Source of the DNA: a virus
IMG/VR virus record: IMGVR_UViG_3300005529_000004
Span: 1 to 64,000 of that record
Reading direction: 5' to 3' (one strand)
DNA length: 64,000 nucleotides
Below, in pieces: positions 1 to 8,421 of the stretch. A model generated the notes under the pieces. The model was given only the letters and a program-made list of their open reading frames with translations, searched no databases and was not told the DNA's origin. The stretch's first letter is position 1, and each line of letters starts with the position of its first letter. A program made the position numbers and the translations under genes.

Positions 1-706
1 CACCGGAGGCGGGTCGGTCATCAACGCGAACGGAGTCGCGGGAGGCGCAGGAGGCACCAGCTCGTTCGGCGCCTACATCTTCGCCTATGGCGGCGGCGGT
101 GGCGGTGGCGGCACGACGTCCGGCAACAACAGCGGCGCAGGTGGAGGCGGCACCGGATCAGCAGGCGCGAACAGCGGCGGCGCGAACAGCGGCGGCGGGT
201 ACCCGCAGGCCACGAATACGTCATCGGCGGCAGGCTTCGGCGGTGGCGGCGGGACGTCAGCGGCGGCGAACACGACCAACGGCGGACGTGCGGCAGAGTA
301 CGGAGGTGCCTGCAGCTCGGCGACGCCGTCCGCCAACACCGGCACCTCGGGAGGTGGCTCCATCTGGGGTGGCGGAGCTGGTGGGTCGGGCGGCGGCATC
401 GACGCGGCCACAGCAACGCGGCGCGGAGGCGGTGCCGGAGGCCCGGCAGGGACGTGGACGGACCAGCCCGCAGCCGGAGGCGGCGCATCGCCGGGTCCGA
501 ACGACGGGCCGAATGGCAGCGCGGGCAACGGAGCCTACGGCGGAGGCGGAGGCGCGGGAGGCGGCTCCGACTCCGCACGTGGAGGCAACGGCGGAGCGGG
601 TGGTGCTCCGGGAGGCGGCGGCGGAGGAGGCGGAGCATCGACCGGCGGGGCCTCGGGCGCGGGCGGCGTCGGCGGTGTGGGCAAGGTAATCGTGATTGCG
701 TGGTGA
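1..706 (+). CDS. Gly-rich tail fibre/minor tail protein, 5'-truncated
   Basis: Frame from position 2 reads TGGGSVINANGVAGGAGGTSSFGAYIFAYGGGG and ends GKVIVIAW-TGA(704-706). It shares the GGTSSFG-x-Y...AYGGGG and G-x-V-x-V-x-AW motifs with the next gene. Not in the ORF track because the start lies outside the window. Confidence 0.8.
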   Translation, partial: TGGGSVINANGVAGGAGGTSSFGAYIFAYGGGGGGGGTTSGNNSGAGGGGTGSAGANSGGANSGGGYPQATNTSSAAGFGGGGGTSAAANTTNGGRAAEYGGACSSATPSANTGTSGGGSIWGGGAGGSGGGIDAATATRRGGGAGGPAGTWTDQPAAGGGASPGPNDGPNGSAGNGAYGGGGGAGGGSDSARGGNGGAGGAPGGGGGGGGASTGGASGAGGVGGVGKVIVIAW

Positions 707-710
707 TGGC

Positions 711-2399
711 ATGAGTCTCACAAAGGAGAAGTCCGGGCTGCAGGGAGCAACCGGCGCGACGGGTCCCCAGGGCAACACCGGCGCGACGGGACCCGGCACC
801 GGCGTCAACAAGACGACGTACCTCTCGGCGGCATACAAGTCTGCGGTTCTGGTCGATACGCCTTCGTCCTACTTCAGGATGGACGCGGCAGCGGGCACGG
901 TCGAGAACGACCTCGGCTCGCTGAACAACCCCGGCACCTACATCAACAGCCCAACACTCGGAGCTGCCGGAGCCACCGCAGATGGAGACGCGGCCGTCAC
1001 CTTCGTGGCGGCATCGAACCAGAAGCTGCAGATTCCCGATAACGACGCCTACTCCTTCGCGGCCGCATCGCTGACGGTCGAAGCGCTCTGCTCGATCGCG
1101 TCCGTCCCGGCTGGGTCGCAGTACATCGTCTCGAAGATGGCAGCGGCGAACTTCGAGTGGCATATCCAGATCCAGTCGAATGGCATCGTGCGCGCGCAGC
1201 TCTTTACGCTTGCAGGAGCTGCGCTTGCGACGGTCAACCTCGGGACTCCTTCTCTCGGCGTCTTCCACCAGTACGCCTTCGTGGTCGTCAACTCCGGCGA
1301 CACCTCGACGCTCATCGGGTACTTCGACGGGCAGCCGGTCGGCACGTCCACGTTCGCAACGGCATCCGCCGGAAACGGTACGGCGCATGTCAACGTCAGC
1401 CGCCGCGACGACAACACCGGCGCGCTGGACGGCACGGTGGATGAAGTGTCGCTCTACAACAAGGCGCTCTCGGCCGCACGCATCCTGGCGCACTACAACG
1501 CGATCAAGGGAGGCGGCATCTACACCGTCCCGTCTGCTGCTAAGACCGTGATGGTCCTGCTCTGGGGAGGCGGCGGAGGCGGCGGAGGCGGCACCTCGGG
1601 CGCGACTGGCACGAACCGGGGAGGAGGCGGTGGAGGTGGAGGAGGCGCTGCAAACGAGGCGACCTTCTCGACGTCGCAGCTCTCGTCGCAGATTCAGGTC
1701 ATCGTCGGCGCCGGAGGCGGAGGCGGAGTGGACGGCGCGGCTGGCGGTCCGGGCGGCACGTCATCGTTCGGCACCTACCTCTCGGCCTACGGTGGCGGAG
1801 GCGGTGCGGCCGGAAACTCGGCGTCCACCTCGGGAGGCGCGGGCGGCGGGACGGCATCGGCAGGAGGAAACGGAAGCACCTCGAACAGCACCGGCGGCAA
1901 CCCGTCCACCGGCGTCGGCCAGCCCGGCCGTGGCGGGGAGGGCGCGGGCGACAACCTGGCGAACGCCGGACGCGGTGCCGAGGATGGCGGGGCGTCGGGT
2001 GGCGCAGGTGGGTCGGGCGGGACGGATGGACTGAAGGGTGGCAGCTCGCTCTACGGTGGTGGCGGTGGCGGTGGCGGTGGCGGTCTCGGCACGCTGAACA
2101 ACAGCCAGGCCGGTGGCCAGGGCGGACCTCCTGGGACGTTCTCCAACCTGGCGACGAATGCTTCTGGCGGAGGCGCGGCGGCGGGCAATAACCCCGGCGC
2201 AGCGGGGACGGCGGGCAACAGCATCTGGGGAGGCGGTGGAGGTTCCGGCGGCGGGTCGTCCAGCACGCACGGTGGCAATGGCGGTGCTGGTGGATTCCCC
2301 GGAGGAGGTGGAGGTGGCGGAGGCGCCGGGATCAACACCTCCGGTGCCGGGCAGGGTGGCCAGGGCGCGGACGGCGCCGTCTATGTCTACGCGTGGTAA
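711..2399 (+). CDS. Tail fibre-like protein: short collagen repeat, LamG/concanavalin-A domain, Gly-rich domain
   Basis: GATGATGPQGNTGATGP collagen triplets; LamG signature YFRMD...YFDGQ...GTVDEVSLYNKALSAARILAHY; Gly-rich C-terminus ending GAVYVYAW. Confidence 0.8.
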   Translation: MSLTKEKSGLQGATGATGPQGNTGATGPGTGVNKTTYLSAAYKSAVLVDTPSSYFRMDAAAGTVENDLGSLNNPGTYINSPTLGAAGATADGDAAVTFVAASNQKLQIPDNDAYSFAAASLTVEALCSIASVPAGSQYIVSKMAAANFEWHIQIQSNGIVRAQLFTLAGAALATVNLGTPSLGVFHQYAFVVVNSGDTSTLIGYFDGQPVGTSTFATASAGNGTAHVNVSRRDDNTGALDGTVDEVSLYNKALSAARILAHYNAIKGGGIYTVPSAAKTVMVLLWGGGGGGGGGTSGATGTNRGGGGGGGGGAANEATFSTSQLSSQIQVIVGAGGGGGVDGAAGGPGGTSSFGTYLSAYGGGGGAAGNSASTSGGAGGGTASAGGNGSTSNSTGGNPSTGVGQPGRGGEGAGDNLANAGRGAEDGGASGGAGGSGGTDGLKGGSSLYGGGGGGGGGGLGTLNNSQAGGQGGPPGTFSNLATNASGGGAAAGNNPGAAGTAGNSIWGGGGGSGGGSSSTHGGNGGAGGFPGGGGGGGGAGINTSGAGQGGQGADGAVYVYAW

Positions 2400-2408
2400 A
2401 GTTTCGCG

Positions 2409-3551
2409 ATGCGCCTCCATCTCGTAAGTTTGCCGCACACCGAGACGACCGACGCGCACCTCACCTGCGCCTACACCCAGAAGGTCGTCAAGTTCTCGAA
2501 GATGATGACCGGCCTCGGCTACGAAGTCGTCATCTACGGCGGCGAGGAGAACGATGCCGAGTGCTTCGAGCACGTCCCGATCGTCTCCCGGCGCGAGCAG
2601 GTCAAGTGGTTCGGCGAGCACGACTTCAACCGGCTCTACCCTGACATCTGGGACCCGACGTCCGACTGGTGGAGGCTCACGAACAAGCGCGCGGTGAAGG
2701 CCATCCGCGAACACCGAGCCGACCATCACGATCTCGTTCTGCTCACCGGCGGCTGCTGCCAGGAGCTGATCGCCATGCGGCTCAAGGACATGACGAGCTG
2801 CGAGCCGTTCGTCGGCTACAAGGGCATCTTCTCTCGCTTCCGCGCCTTCGAGTCCGTGGCCTGGCGGCACTGGGTCTACGGCGACAAGCGCTGGGATGAT
2901 GGCGCCTGGTACGACGTCGTCATCCCTCCCTTCGTAGACGCCGACGACTTCGTCGCTCCGCCGGTCTCCAAGCGAGGCGACTACCTGCTCTTCCTCGGCC
3001 GCATCTGCTTCCGCAAGGGTCCCGACATCGCGTCCGAGATCGCCGAGGCTGCTGGGCGGCGCCTGATCATCGCTGGCAACGGCGGCGAGGTGTGGGAGGG
3101 TCGCATCCACTCGCTGGAGGGCAACAACCTCACCGACATCTCCATCGGACCGCACGCCGAGTTCTACGGCCCGGCGGACAAGGCGGCGCGGCGCCAGCTC
3201 ATGTCCGAGGCCCGCGCGCTCATCATGCCGACCCGCTTCATCGAGCCGGGCGGCAACGTCGCGATCGAGGCGATGATGTCGGGCACGCCGGTCATCGCGC
3301 CGGACTGGGGAGTCTTCACCGAGACGGTAGTGCCGGGATACACAGGTGAACGCTTCATGCGTCTGCCGGAGGCGGTCGAGGCGATCGACACCGTCGCGTC
3401 GCTGCGCCCGGCTGTGGTCCGCAAGTATGCGGTCGAGCGGTGGTCCCTGGAAGCGATCGGCAAGCGGTACGACCGCTGGTTCCGACAGCTCAACGGCGTC
3501 TGGGGCGGCGACTACGGCGCGGCGTTCGGCGGAGACTGGTACGGGCGCTAG
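2409..3551 (+). CDS. Glycosyltransferase, GT4/GT-B family
   Basis: LFLGRICFRKG and EPGGNVAIEAMMSGTPVIA (E-x7-E motif). Leaderless ATG 6 nt after TAAAGT. Confidence 0.9.
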   Translation: MRLHLVSLPHTETTDAHLTCAYTQKVVKFSKMMTGLGYEVVIYGGEENDAECFEHVPIVSRREQVKWFGEHDFNRLYPDIWDPTSDWWRLTNKRAVKAIREHRADHHDLVLLTGGCCQELIAMRLKDMTSCEPFVGYKGIFSRFRAFESVAWRHWVYGDKRWDDGAWYDVVIPPFVDADDFVAPPVSKRGDYLLFLGRICFRKGPDIASEIAEAAGRRLIIAGNGGEVWEGRIHSLEGNNLTDISIGPHAEFYGPADKAARRQLMSEARALIMPTRFIEPGGNVAIEAMMSGTPVIAPDWGVFTETVVPGYTGERFMRLPEAVEAIDTVASLRPAVVRKYAVERWSLEAIGKRYDRWFRQLNGVWGGDYGAAFGGDWYGR

Positions 3552-3568
3552 CCCGGTAGACTAGACCT

Positions 3569-3811
3569 GTGCCCAACTACACGGTGATCAACGGCGGTTC
3601 CGCGCTCGCCAACATCAACGCCGGGAACGTCGGCGTGGACGAGCTGACCTACAAGGATGGAGTCGCGCTCACCTCTACCGAGCTGACGACTCTGCTCGAC
3701 GGCGTGACCTTCCACAAGAACATCGCGGTGCTGTTCGACCTGACCGGATTCGCCGACGCGCAGCAGCTCAAGCGCGTGCTCGCTATCGCGGGCATGTACC
3801 AGTCCACCTAG
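3569..3811 (+). CDS. Hypothetical protein (80 aa)
   Basis: Clean ORF; GTG 6 nt after TAGACT at 3557. Confidence 0.7.
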   Translation: MPNYTVINGGSALANINAGNVGVDELTYKDGVALTSTELTTLLDGVTFHKNIAVLFDLTGFADAQQLKRVLAIAGMYQST

Positions 3812-3823
3812 CGGGCGCCCGGC

Positions 3824-4852
3824 ATGGCCGGTCTGACTCCAGGGAAGCCCGCCGCCGGAGGCAAGGGCCGCATCATCATGACCGGCGCAGCCGGAGGCGG
3901 CGCCGGGTCAAGTGTAGGAGGTGAGCCGCCCGTCAACCCACCACAGTTCCTCGGCCTGGTTGGGTACGGCTCCGCCGACTTCTCGGACTCCTGCGTCATC
4001 ACTTCTCTGATCGACGTCCCACGCTGCTCGCCGACCGTGGGCCGGACGATCATCGTCTTCTGGATGTCGGCAGGAGCTGTGCACCAGCCATTCGTCAGCC
4101 TCACCGACAACGCCGTGCAGGAGACCTACTTCCACTGCATCAGCGCCAAAAACCTCTACACGCTGCTCGGCCCGGAAAACTCCGAGAGCCTCGGTGGGTC
4201 GATCTCTGCAGACAGCCAGACCTACTCCGCAGCGGTGCTGAACCGCATCCGCGCGGGCGACGAGATCACGCTGCAGTTCAGCGGGCCGTGGGACACGATT
4301 CGCGCCGTCGCGCTGGCCTACGAGGGCCTGCTCAGCGTCGAGCCGCTGTCCGTCCCGTCGCAGTGTCTGCTCATCCCGGACCTCTCCGGCGGTCCCGGCG
4401 GCGACTTCTCGGTCGTCTACCAGGATGTTCGAAACCTCACTGCGGTGCGTCCATCGACCGGACATATCTCTCCGGCGACCCAGGAAGGCGTCTGGAGCTT
4501 CGACAACCGTCTCGGCATTGCGCTCTACTTCACGACTGGCGTGATCGACCCGCAGACGACCTGGGTCTTCGATGACTCCGGCGTCATCGTCCGCGCAAGT
4601 GTCTTCAGCCAGGGCGCCGACAACGTGAGCTGGATCGTCGGCGAGCAGACACTGGCCGGACCGGTCGGGCCGTGGGTCGGCGACAACATCGAGTTCGGCG
4701 GGACCTGGAGCGGCGGCTTCACTAACGGCCAGAACACCTGGGGCGAGATCATCGGCCTGCAGGCAGGAGCAGGCCCGCCGCTCTGTGCGCGCGGCGTCAT
4801 CGTCGCCGACAACTTCAACGAGACGTGGCCGCGCCACCCGGTGGCTCCGTGA
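3824..4852 (+). CDS. Hypothetical, probable virion or minor tail protein
   Basis: Beta-rich Gly/Ser/Thr composition; GTGA overlap with the next gene. Confidence 0.6.
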   Translation: MAGLTPGKPAAGGKGRIIMTGAAGGGAGSSVGGEPPVNPPQFLGLVGYGSADFSDSCVITSLIDVPRCSPTVGRTIIVFWMSAGAVHQPFVSLTDNAVQETYFHCISAKNLYTLLGPENSESLGGSISADSQTYSAAVLNRIRAGDEITLQFSGPWDTIRAVALAYEGLLSVEPLSVPSQCLLIPDLSGGPGGDFSVVYQDVRNLTAVRPSTGHISPATQEGVWSFDNRLGIALYFTTGVIDPQTTWVFDDSGVIVRASVFSQGADNVSWIVGEQTLAGPVGPWVGDNIEFGGTWSGGFTNGQNTWGEIIGLQAGAGPPLCARGVIVADNFNETWPRHPVAP

Positions 4853-5937
4853 GTCCGCAGGGCATCTTCATCCGCGCGAAGATCAAGGAGCTGCATCCCA
4901 GCTACAACGACCGCTTCGAGTACGCCGGACTGTTCAGCGCCGTCCCGAGCATCGACACGAGCACGCGCTGGATCGCGGGAGGCAACACCGTCGAGCCGGG
5001 CGAGCCGATGCCCAGCGCCGGTGACGTCTACCAGACCGTGTGGCTGGAGATCGAGCTGCCTGAAGGCGTCACGTCCTTCGGCTACTCGCTGAGCTTCAAC
5101 CGCAGCTTCGCCTTCGACGCCTACTCCTCCGACAACGGCGAAGTAGGTGGGCCGCTGAACCTGATCGCCGCTGCGTGGGAGGGCAGCTCGCTCGGTGCGC
5201 TCTCAGAGCTGGCGAGCGTCTTCGACGTCGCGCAGAACGGTCCGCTCAACTTCACGGTCTCGGCGGGCAACCGCTACTTCCTCCAGGTCGGCACGGCGCA
5301 GCCTGGGTCGAACGGAATCGTCATCATGGACTGCAGCGGCACCTCGGGTGGAGGCGGAGGCGGCGGAGGCGGCGTGCTCTGGAGCAACATGGACGTCAAG
5401 ATCAACGGCGTTGCCGCACCGACGTTCAACGCCGGAGGGCCGTTCTTCTTCGGCTACGTCCAGATCGGCTCCTACTTCTCCGGCAGCACGATCAACCACC
5501 ACGAGATTCGCAACCTCAAGATCGGGTCCACGCCGGGAGGCAACGACCTGTTCGATATGGGCAGCGGCAGCACGCTTGTCCCGCCCTTCCAGGCGGAGGT
5601 GCCGCCGGGATCGCCGGACATGACCATGAGCGGCGGCGTCGCCACGGTGGACAACATGGGCGCAGACGTCTACGCCACCTACGACTTCGGCACCAACCTG
5701 ACCATTCCGGTCTACATCCACTTCGAGGCGTTCATCGAGGCGGACGAGTACGCCACCGGCTTCGCGTCCGGCGACTTCCTTGACCTCGGGCAGACCGGCG
5801 GTGGGATTATCTCGGGCATCTTCTACGATCCGAGCGGTGCCTCGTCCTGGGTCTGCAACTTCACCGGGCCTGACCTGTCCGGCTGCCCACCCGCCGCAGC
5901 CGGGTCGTGGTTCACCTTCGACATCGAGCTGTCATGA
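4849..5937 (+). CDS. Hypothetical, probable virion protein with a PPC-like beta domain
   Basis: GTG start overlaps the upstream stop; WEGSSLGALSEL...FTVSAGNRYFLQVG resembles PPC-like domains; poly-Gly linker. Confidence 0.6.
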   Translation: MSPQGIFIRAKIKELHPSYNDRFEYAGLFSAVPSIDTSTRWIAGGNTVEPGEPMPSAGDVYQTVWLEIELPEGVTSFGYSLSFNRSFAFDAYSSDNGEVGGPLNLIAAAWEGSSLGALSELASVFDVAQNGPLNFTVSAGNRYFLQVGTAQPGSNGIVIMDCSGTSGGGGGGGGGVLWSNMDVKINGVAAPTFNAGGPFFFGYVQIGSYFSGSTINHHEIRNLKIGSTPGGNDLFDMGSGSTLVPPFQAEVPPGSPDMTMSGGVATVDNMGADVYATYDFGTNLTIPVYIHFEAFIEADEYATGFASGDFLDLGQTGGGIISGIFYDPSGASSWVCNFTGPDLSGCPPAAAGSWFTFDIELS

Positions 5938-7352
5938 GCCGTCGCCGAGAGATCGACATCGACCCGAAGTACCTGGAGCACTTCCGCTCCAACGACGAGG
6001 CCCGTAACGAGCTGGTCGCGGCCGCGACATCCTTCCGGCAGTTCCTCAACCACTGGCGCTTCATCGATGGGCGCACGGGCGTCACGCGCATCCTGGGTGA
6101 GGAGCTGTGGCCCGCGCAGGAGGAGTGGGTCCGCATCGCCGAGGAGCATCCGTGGGTCTACTACCTCAAGGCGAGGCAGCTCGGCGAGACGACGATCGAG
6201 TGCGCGTTCGACGGCTGGGTGATGCGCTTCCGCGACACGCTCGCCCGCGTCCACATCATCGACCACCGCGATGAGGAGGCGATGGAGAAGCTGGAGGCCG
6301 TCAAGTTCGGTCTGACCCAGCTCCCCGAGGAGTGGCAGCTCCCGACGATCCGCGACACGAACCACGAGTACCGAATCGGCGTGGACGCAGCGCACCGGCG
6401 GATGATTCGCGCGTACCCGACGTCGCGCAACCCGGCCCGTGGCCAGGCTTGCACGCACGCGCACGTGGACGAGCTGGCCGCGATGGAGGGCAAGCAGCGC
6501 GCGGTCTGGAAGGCCGTCCAGCCGTCCGCGCACGGGTCGCTGCACATCCTCACGACCGGCGTCGGACCGCAGGACGAGTCGGCCACCATGTGGCGTCGAA
6601 CGATGGACGGCCGGATCATCGACCATCACGGACACCCGATGCACTCCTGCTTCATCGGCGCCCTGGAGCGCCCGGATCGCGACGAGAAGTGGCTGCGCGA
6701 GCAGCGCTCCGGCATGTCCGAAGAAGACTTCCGCCGGGAGTACGCTCTCACCTGGCAGGACGCGCTCTTCGGCGGCGGCGAGTTCGTGTTCAAGAGCGCC
6801 GAGGTGGACAAGGCAGCCGAAGACGCCTACGGCCTGCAGCCGCCGATCCCTGGCGCGAAGTACGTGAAGGCGTGGGACATCGGCCAGACAGACGCGGCGG
6901 TCGGAACGGTGCTGCGGCTGTCGAGCTACGACGGCGGCGCGATCGTCATGGACGTCGTCGCCTGGAAGCGACTGGTCGGTGCGAGCTACCCGCAGATGCA
7001 GGCGGAGATCGAGACGATGCACAAGACCTATCCCGGCCCGACCGCGATCGAGGACAACGCGATGGGAAAGGCCGTGCGCGAGAACCTCAAGCTGCCCGAA
7101 GATCAGGTTCACGGCTGGACGACGTCGAAGCCGAGTAAGGCCAAGATCATCGAGGGCCTGCGGCTCGGTCTGCAGCGCTGGTCGATCAAGTGGGACCCGG
7201 ATCAGGTGCCGCAGCTTGATGAGGAGGTTCGGGGCTACCAGATTCCCGACGACGCGATCCAGCAGGACGCCGTGATGAGCCTGGCTATCGCCATCGAGCA
7301 CGCACCGCTGGCCTACCAGACCGGGCGCATCGGCACGGTCTCCAACGTATAG
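5934..7352 (+). CDS. terL: Terminase large subunit
   Basis: Walker A variant LKARQLGETT, Walker B HAHVDELA, nuclease motifs AWDIG and DAVMSLAIA; ATGA overlap. Confidence 0.92.
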   Translation: MSRRREIDIDPKYLEHFRSNDEARNELVAAATSFRQFLNHWRFIDGRTGVTRILGEELWPAQEEWVRIAEEHPWVYYLKARQLGETTIECAFDGWVMRFRDTLARVHIIDHRDEEAMEKLEAVKFGLTQLPEEWQLPTIRDTNHEYRIGVDAAHRRMIRAYPTSRNPARGQACTHAHVDELAAMEGKQRAVWKAVQPSAHGSLHILTTGVGPQDESATMWRRTMDGRIIDHHGHPMHSCFIGALERPDRDEKWLREQRSGMSEEDFRREYALTWQDALFGGGEFVFKSAEVDKAAEDAYGLQPPIPGAKYVKAWDIGQTDAAVGTVLRLSSYDGGAIVMDVVAWKRLVGASYPQMQAEIETMHKTYPGPTAIEDNAMGKAVRENLKLPEDQVHGWTTSKPSKAKIIEGLRLGLQRWSIKWDPDQVPQLDEEVRGYQIPDDAIQQDAVMSLAIAIEHAPLAYQTGRIGTVSNV

Positions 7353-7398
7353 GCGAAATCAGGCCGCGTGCGGCCACGTGTGCGCCTGTGTCGGCGCG

Positions 7399-7605
7399 CT
7401 ACGGCGTCTGCGACGGATCGGTCGCGGGCGGCTCATCGGACACAGGCGCGGGCCACCGCTCGTGGTGGTCGGCCAGGCGCCGAACGTGGTAGCCGAGGAC
7501 TCCGAGCCTCCACCAGATGGCGATGCCGATTCCGAGCCAGGCCCACTGCATTCCGGTAAGGTAGCTGATGATATGCGACGCCGCTGGCATCCGCAGCCGA
7601 ATCAC
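7399..7605 (-). CDS. Small membrane protein
   Basis: One hydrophobic helix, WAWLGIGIAIWW. Confidence 0.45.
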   Translation of the reverse strand: MIRLRMPAASHIISYLTGMQWAWLGIGIAIWWRLGVLGYHVRRLADHHERWPAPVSDEPPATDPSQTP

Positions 7606-7630
7606 CAGCCCGCCCAGGGCTGATACTCGC

Positions 7631-7703
7631 TGCGGGGTCTGACTAACCGGCAGGTCGCCAGGCTCTGAACCTGGAGGTAGAGGTTCGAATCCTCTCCCCG
7701 CAG
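7631..7703 (+). tRNA. tRNA-Gln(CTG)
   Basis: Acceptor TGCGGGG/CCCCGCA; anticodon arm CCAGG-CTCTGAA-CCTGG; T-loop GGTTCGAATCC. Confidence 0.92.
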
Positions 7704-7717
7704 CCTCGCTTCACCGA

Positions 7718-7790
7718 CTGGGTGAAGGGGAGGTGGCGCCCCGCTCCGTTTGGGCCGGAGAGATGGCAGGTTCGAGTCCTGCCACCCAGA
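7718..7790 (+). tRNA. tRNA-Pro(TGG)
   Basis: Acceptor CTGGGTG/CACCCAG; anticodon arm CTCCG-TTTGGGC-CGGAG; T-loop GGTTCGAGTCC. Confidence 0.88.
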
Positions 7791-7791
7791 T

Positions 7792-7864
7792 TCCGACATA
7801 GCTCAGCAGGTAGAGCGCCCGGCTGTTAACCGGGAGGTCCCAGGTTCGATTCCTGGTGTCGGAG
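7792..7864 (+). tRNA. tRNA-Asn(GTT)
   Basis: TCCGACA-TAGCTCAG...CCCGG-CTGTTAA-CCGGG...GGTTCGATTCC-TGTCGGA-G. Confidence 0.95.
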
Positions 7865-7867
7865 CTG

Positions 7868-7933
7868 GGCGTACCTCTGGGAGGCGGCGTGGCTCCAACC
7901 CTCGCCAGCTCGGTTCGACTCCGAGTGCGCCTG
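7868..7933 (+). tRNA. Atypical 66-nt tRNA-Trp(CCA) with a minimal D-arm
   Basis: Acceptor GGGCGTA/TGCGCCT; D-arm CCTC-TGG-GAGG; anticodon loop CTCCAAC; T-arm CTCGG-TTCGACT-CCGAG. Confidence 0.7.
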
Positions 7934-7937
7934 TCGG

Positions 7938-8016
7938 CAGCGGCGTAGCATAATCGGCCTAATGCCCCTGGTCGTGAGCCAGGACGATGTCGGTTCGAAT
8001 CCGACCCCGCTGACCA
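7938..8016 (+). tRNA. Atypical tRNA, GTG (His) anticodon with C33 and encoded CCA
   Basis: Anticodon arm CCTGG-TCGTGAG-CCAGG; T-arm GTCGG-TTCGAAT-CCGAC; bulged acceptor CAGCGG(C)G/CCCGCTG followed by ACCA. Confidence 0.65.
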
Positions 8017-8017
8017 T

Positions 8018-8072
8018 TTTCACTGAATCGGCCATCTTCACAGCGACGGTGAAGATGGCCGATTCAGTGAAA
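8018..8072. terminator. Perfect 24-bp inverted repeat between convergent tRNA operons
   Basis: TTTCACTGAATCGGCCATCTTCAC-agcgacg-GTGAAGATGGCCGATTCAGTGAAA. Confidence 0.75.
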
Positions 8073-8073
8073 G

Positions 8074-8148
8074 TGCCGGGCCTGGGATTCGAACCCAGAA
8101 GCACTCGGGTCTGAGCCGAGTAGGTTTGCCAGTTTCCGTCAGCCCGGC
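8074..8148 (-). tRNA. tRNA-Leu(CAG) with a short variable arm
   Basis: Reverse complement GCCGGGC...CTCGG-CTCAGAC-CCGAG-TGCTT-CTGGG-TTCGAAT-CCCAG-GCCCGGC-A. Confidence 0.88.
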
Positions 8149-8155
8149 AGGACGA

Positions 8156-8226
8156 ATGACCTCCTGGGAGTCGAACCCAGCGCGCCACGGTTTGCAGCCG
8201 TGGTCCTCGCCGACCGGTCGAGGCCA
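8156..8226 (-). tRNA. tRNA-Cys(GCA)
   Basis: Reverse complement CCACGG-CTGCAAA-CCGTGG; T-arm CTGGG-TTCGACT-CCCAG; U73 discriminator; weak D-arm. Confidence 0.82.
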
Positions 8227-8227
8227 G

Positions 8228-8299
8228 TGGGCGCGGCTCCACTCGAAGGAGAACCTGCGGGGTTACGGCCCGGCGTGCTTCCTCTTACACCACGCGCCC
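8228..8299 (-). tRNA. Atypical tRNA, GTA (Tyr) anticodon with C33, no variable arm, C53:G61
   Basis: Reverse complement GGGCGCG-TG-GTGT..GCAC..CCGGG-CCGTAAC-CCCGC..CTCC-TTCGAGT-GGAG-C-CGCGCCC-A. Confidence 0.6.
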
Positions 8300-8404
8300 A
8301 AGACGGGAGGCCAGCCCGAAGGCTGGCTAGGCGAGGCGTAGATACAAACAGCGCCGCATCCGGTCCAGCTTACCGGGAAGACGCACTCCAGGCAAACTGC
8401 GTCG

Positions 8405-8414
8405 CCGGTAGACT
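8405..8414 (+). promoter_or_regulatory. CCGGTAGACT -10 promoter of the leaderless portal gene (representative of a recurrent motif)
   Basis: TAGACT at 8409-8414, 7 nt before ATG 8422, no SD. The same hexamer occurs at 3557, 14746(-), 36617, 40484, 42603, 44038, 47293, 51538, 52556 and 54567(-). Confidence 0.75.
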
Positions 8415-8421
8415 GGCAGTG

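Noticed and set aside
21-1493. Many long opposite-strand or alternative-frame ORFs (e.g. 21..1493-, 8263..10302-, 26043..28181+)
   Set aside because: Arg/Ala-rich shadow ORFs of high-GC genes; the real frame carries the recognisable motifs.
1-2399. PE-PGRS-like host genes or a DGR target
   Set aside because: No PE domain, and no reverse transcriptase or TR/VR pair; LamG and collagen motifs indicate phage fibres.
7631-8299. Suppressor tRNA or alternative genetic code
   Set aside because: No CTA/TCA/TTA anticodon, and conserved genes are intact and end at TAG, TGA and TAA under code 11.
8380-8403. GACGC-N14-GCGTC matching the spacing of the 31873 operator
   Set aside because: Only 5-6 bp GC-rich arms and a different distance to the -10 box; plausibly chance.
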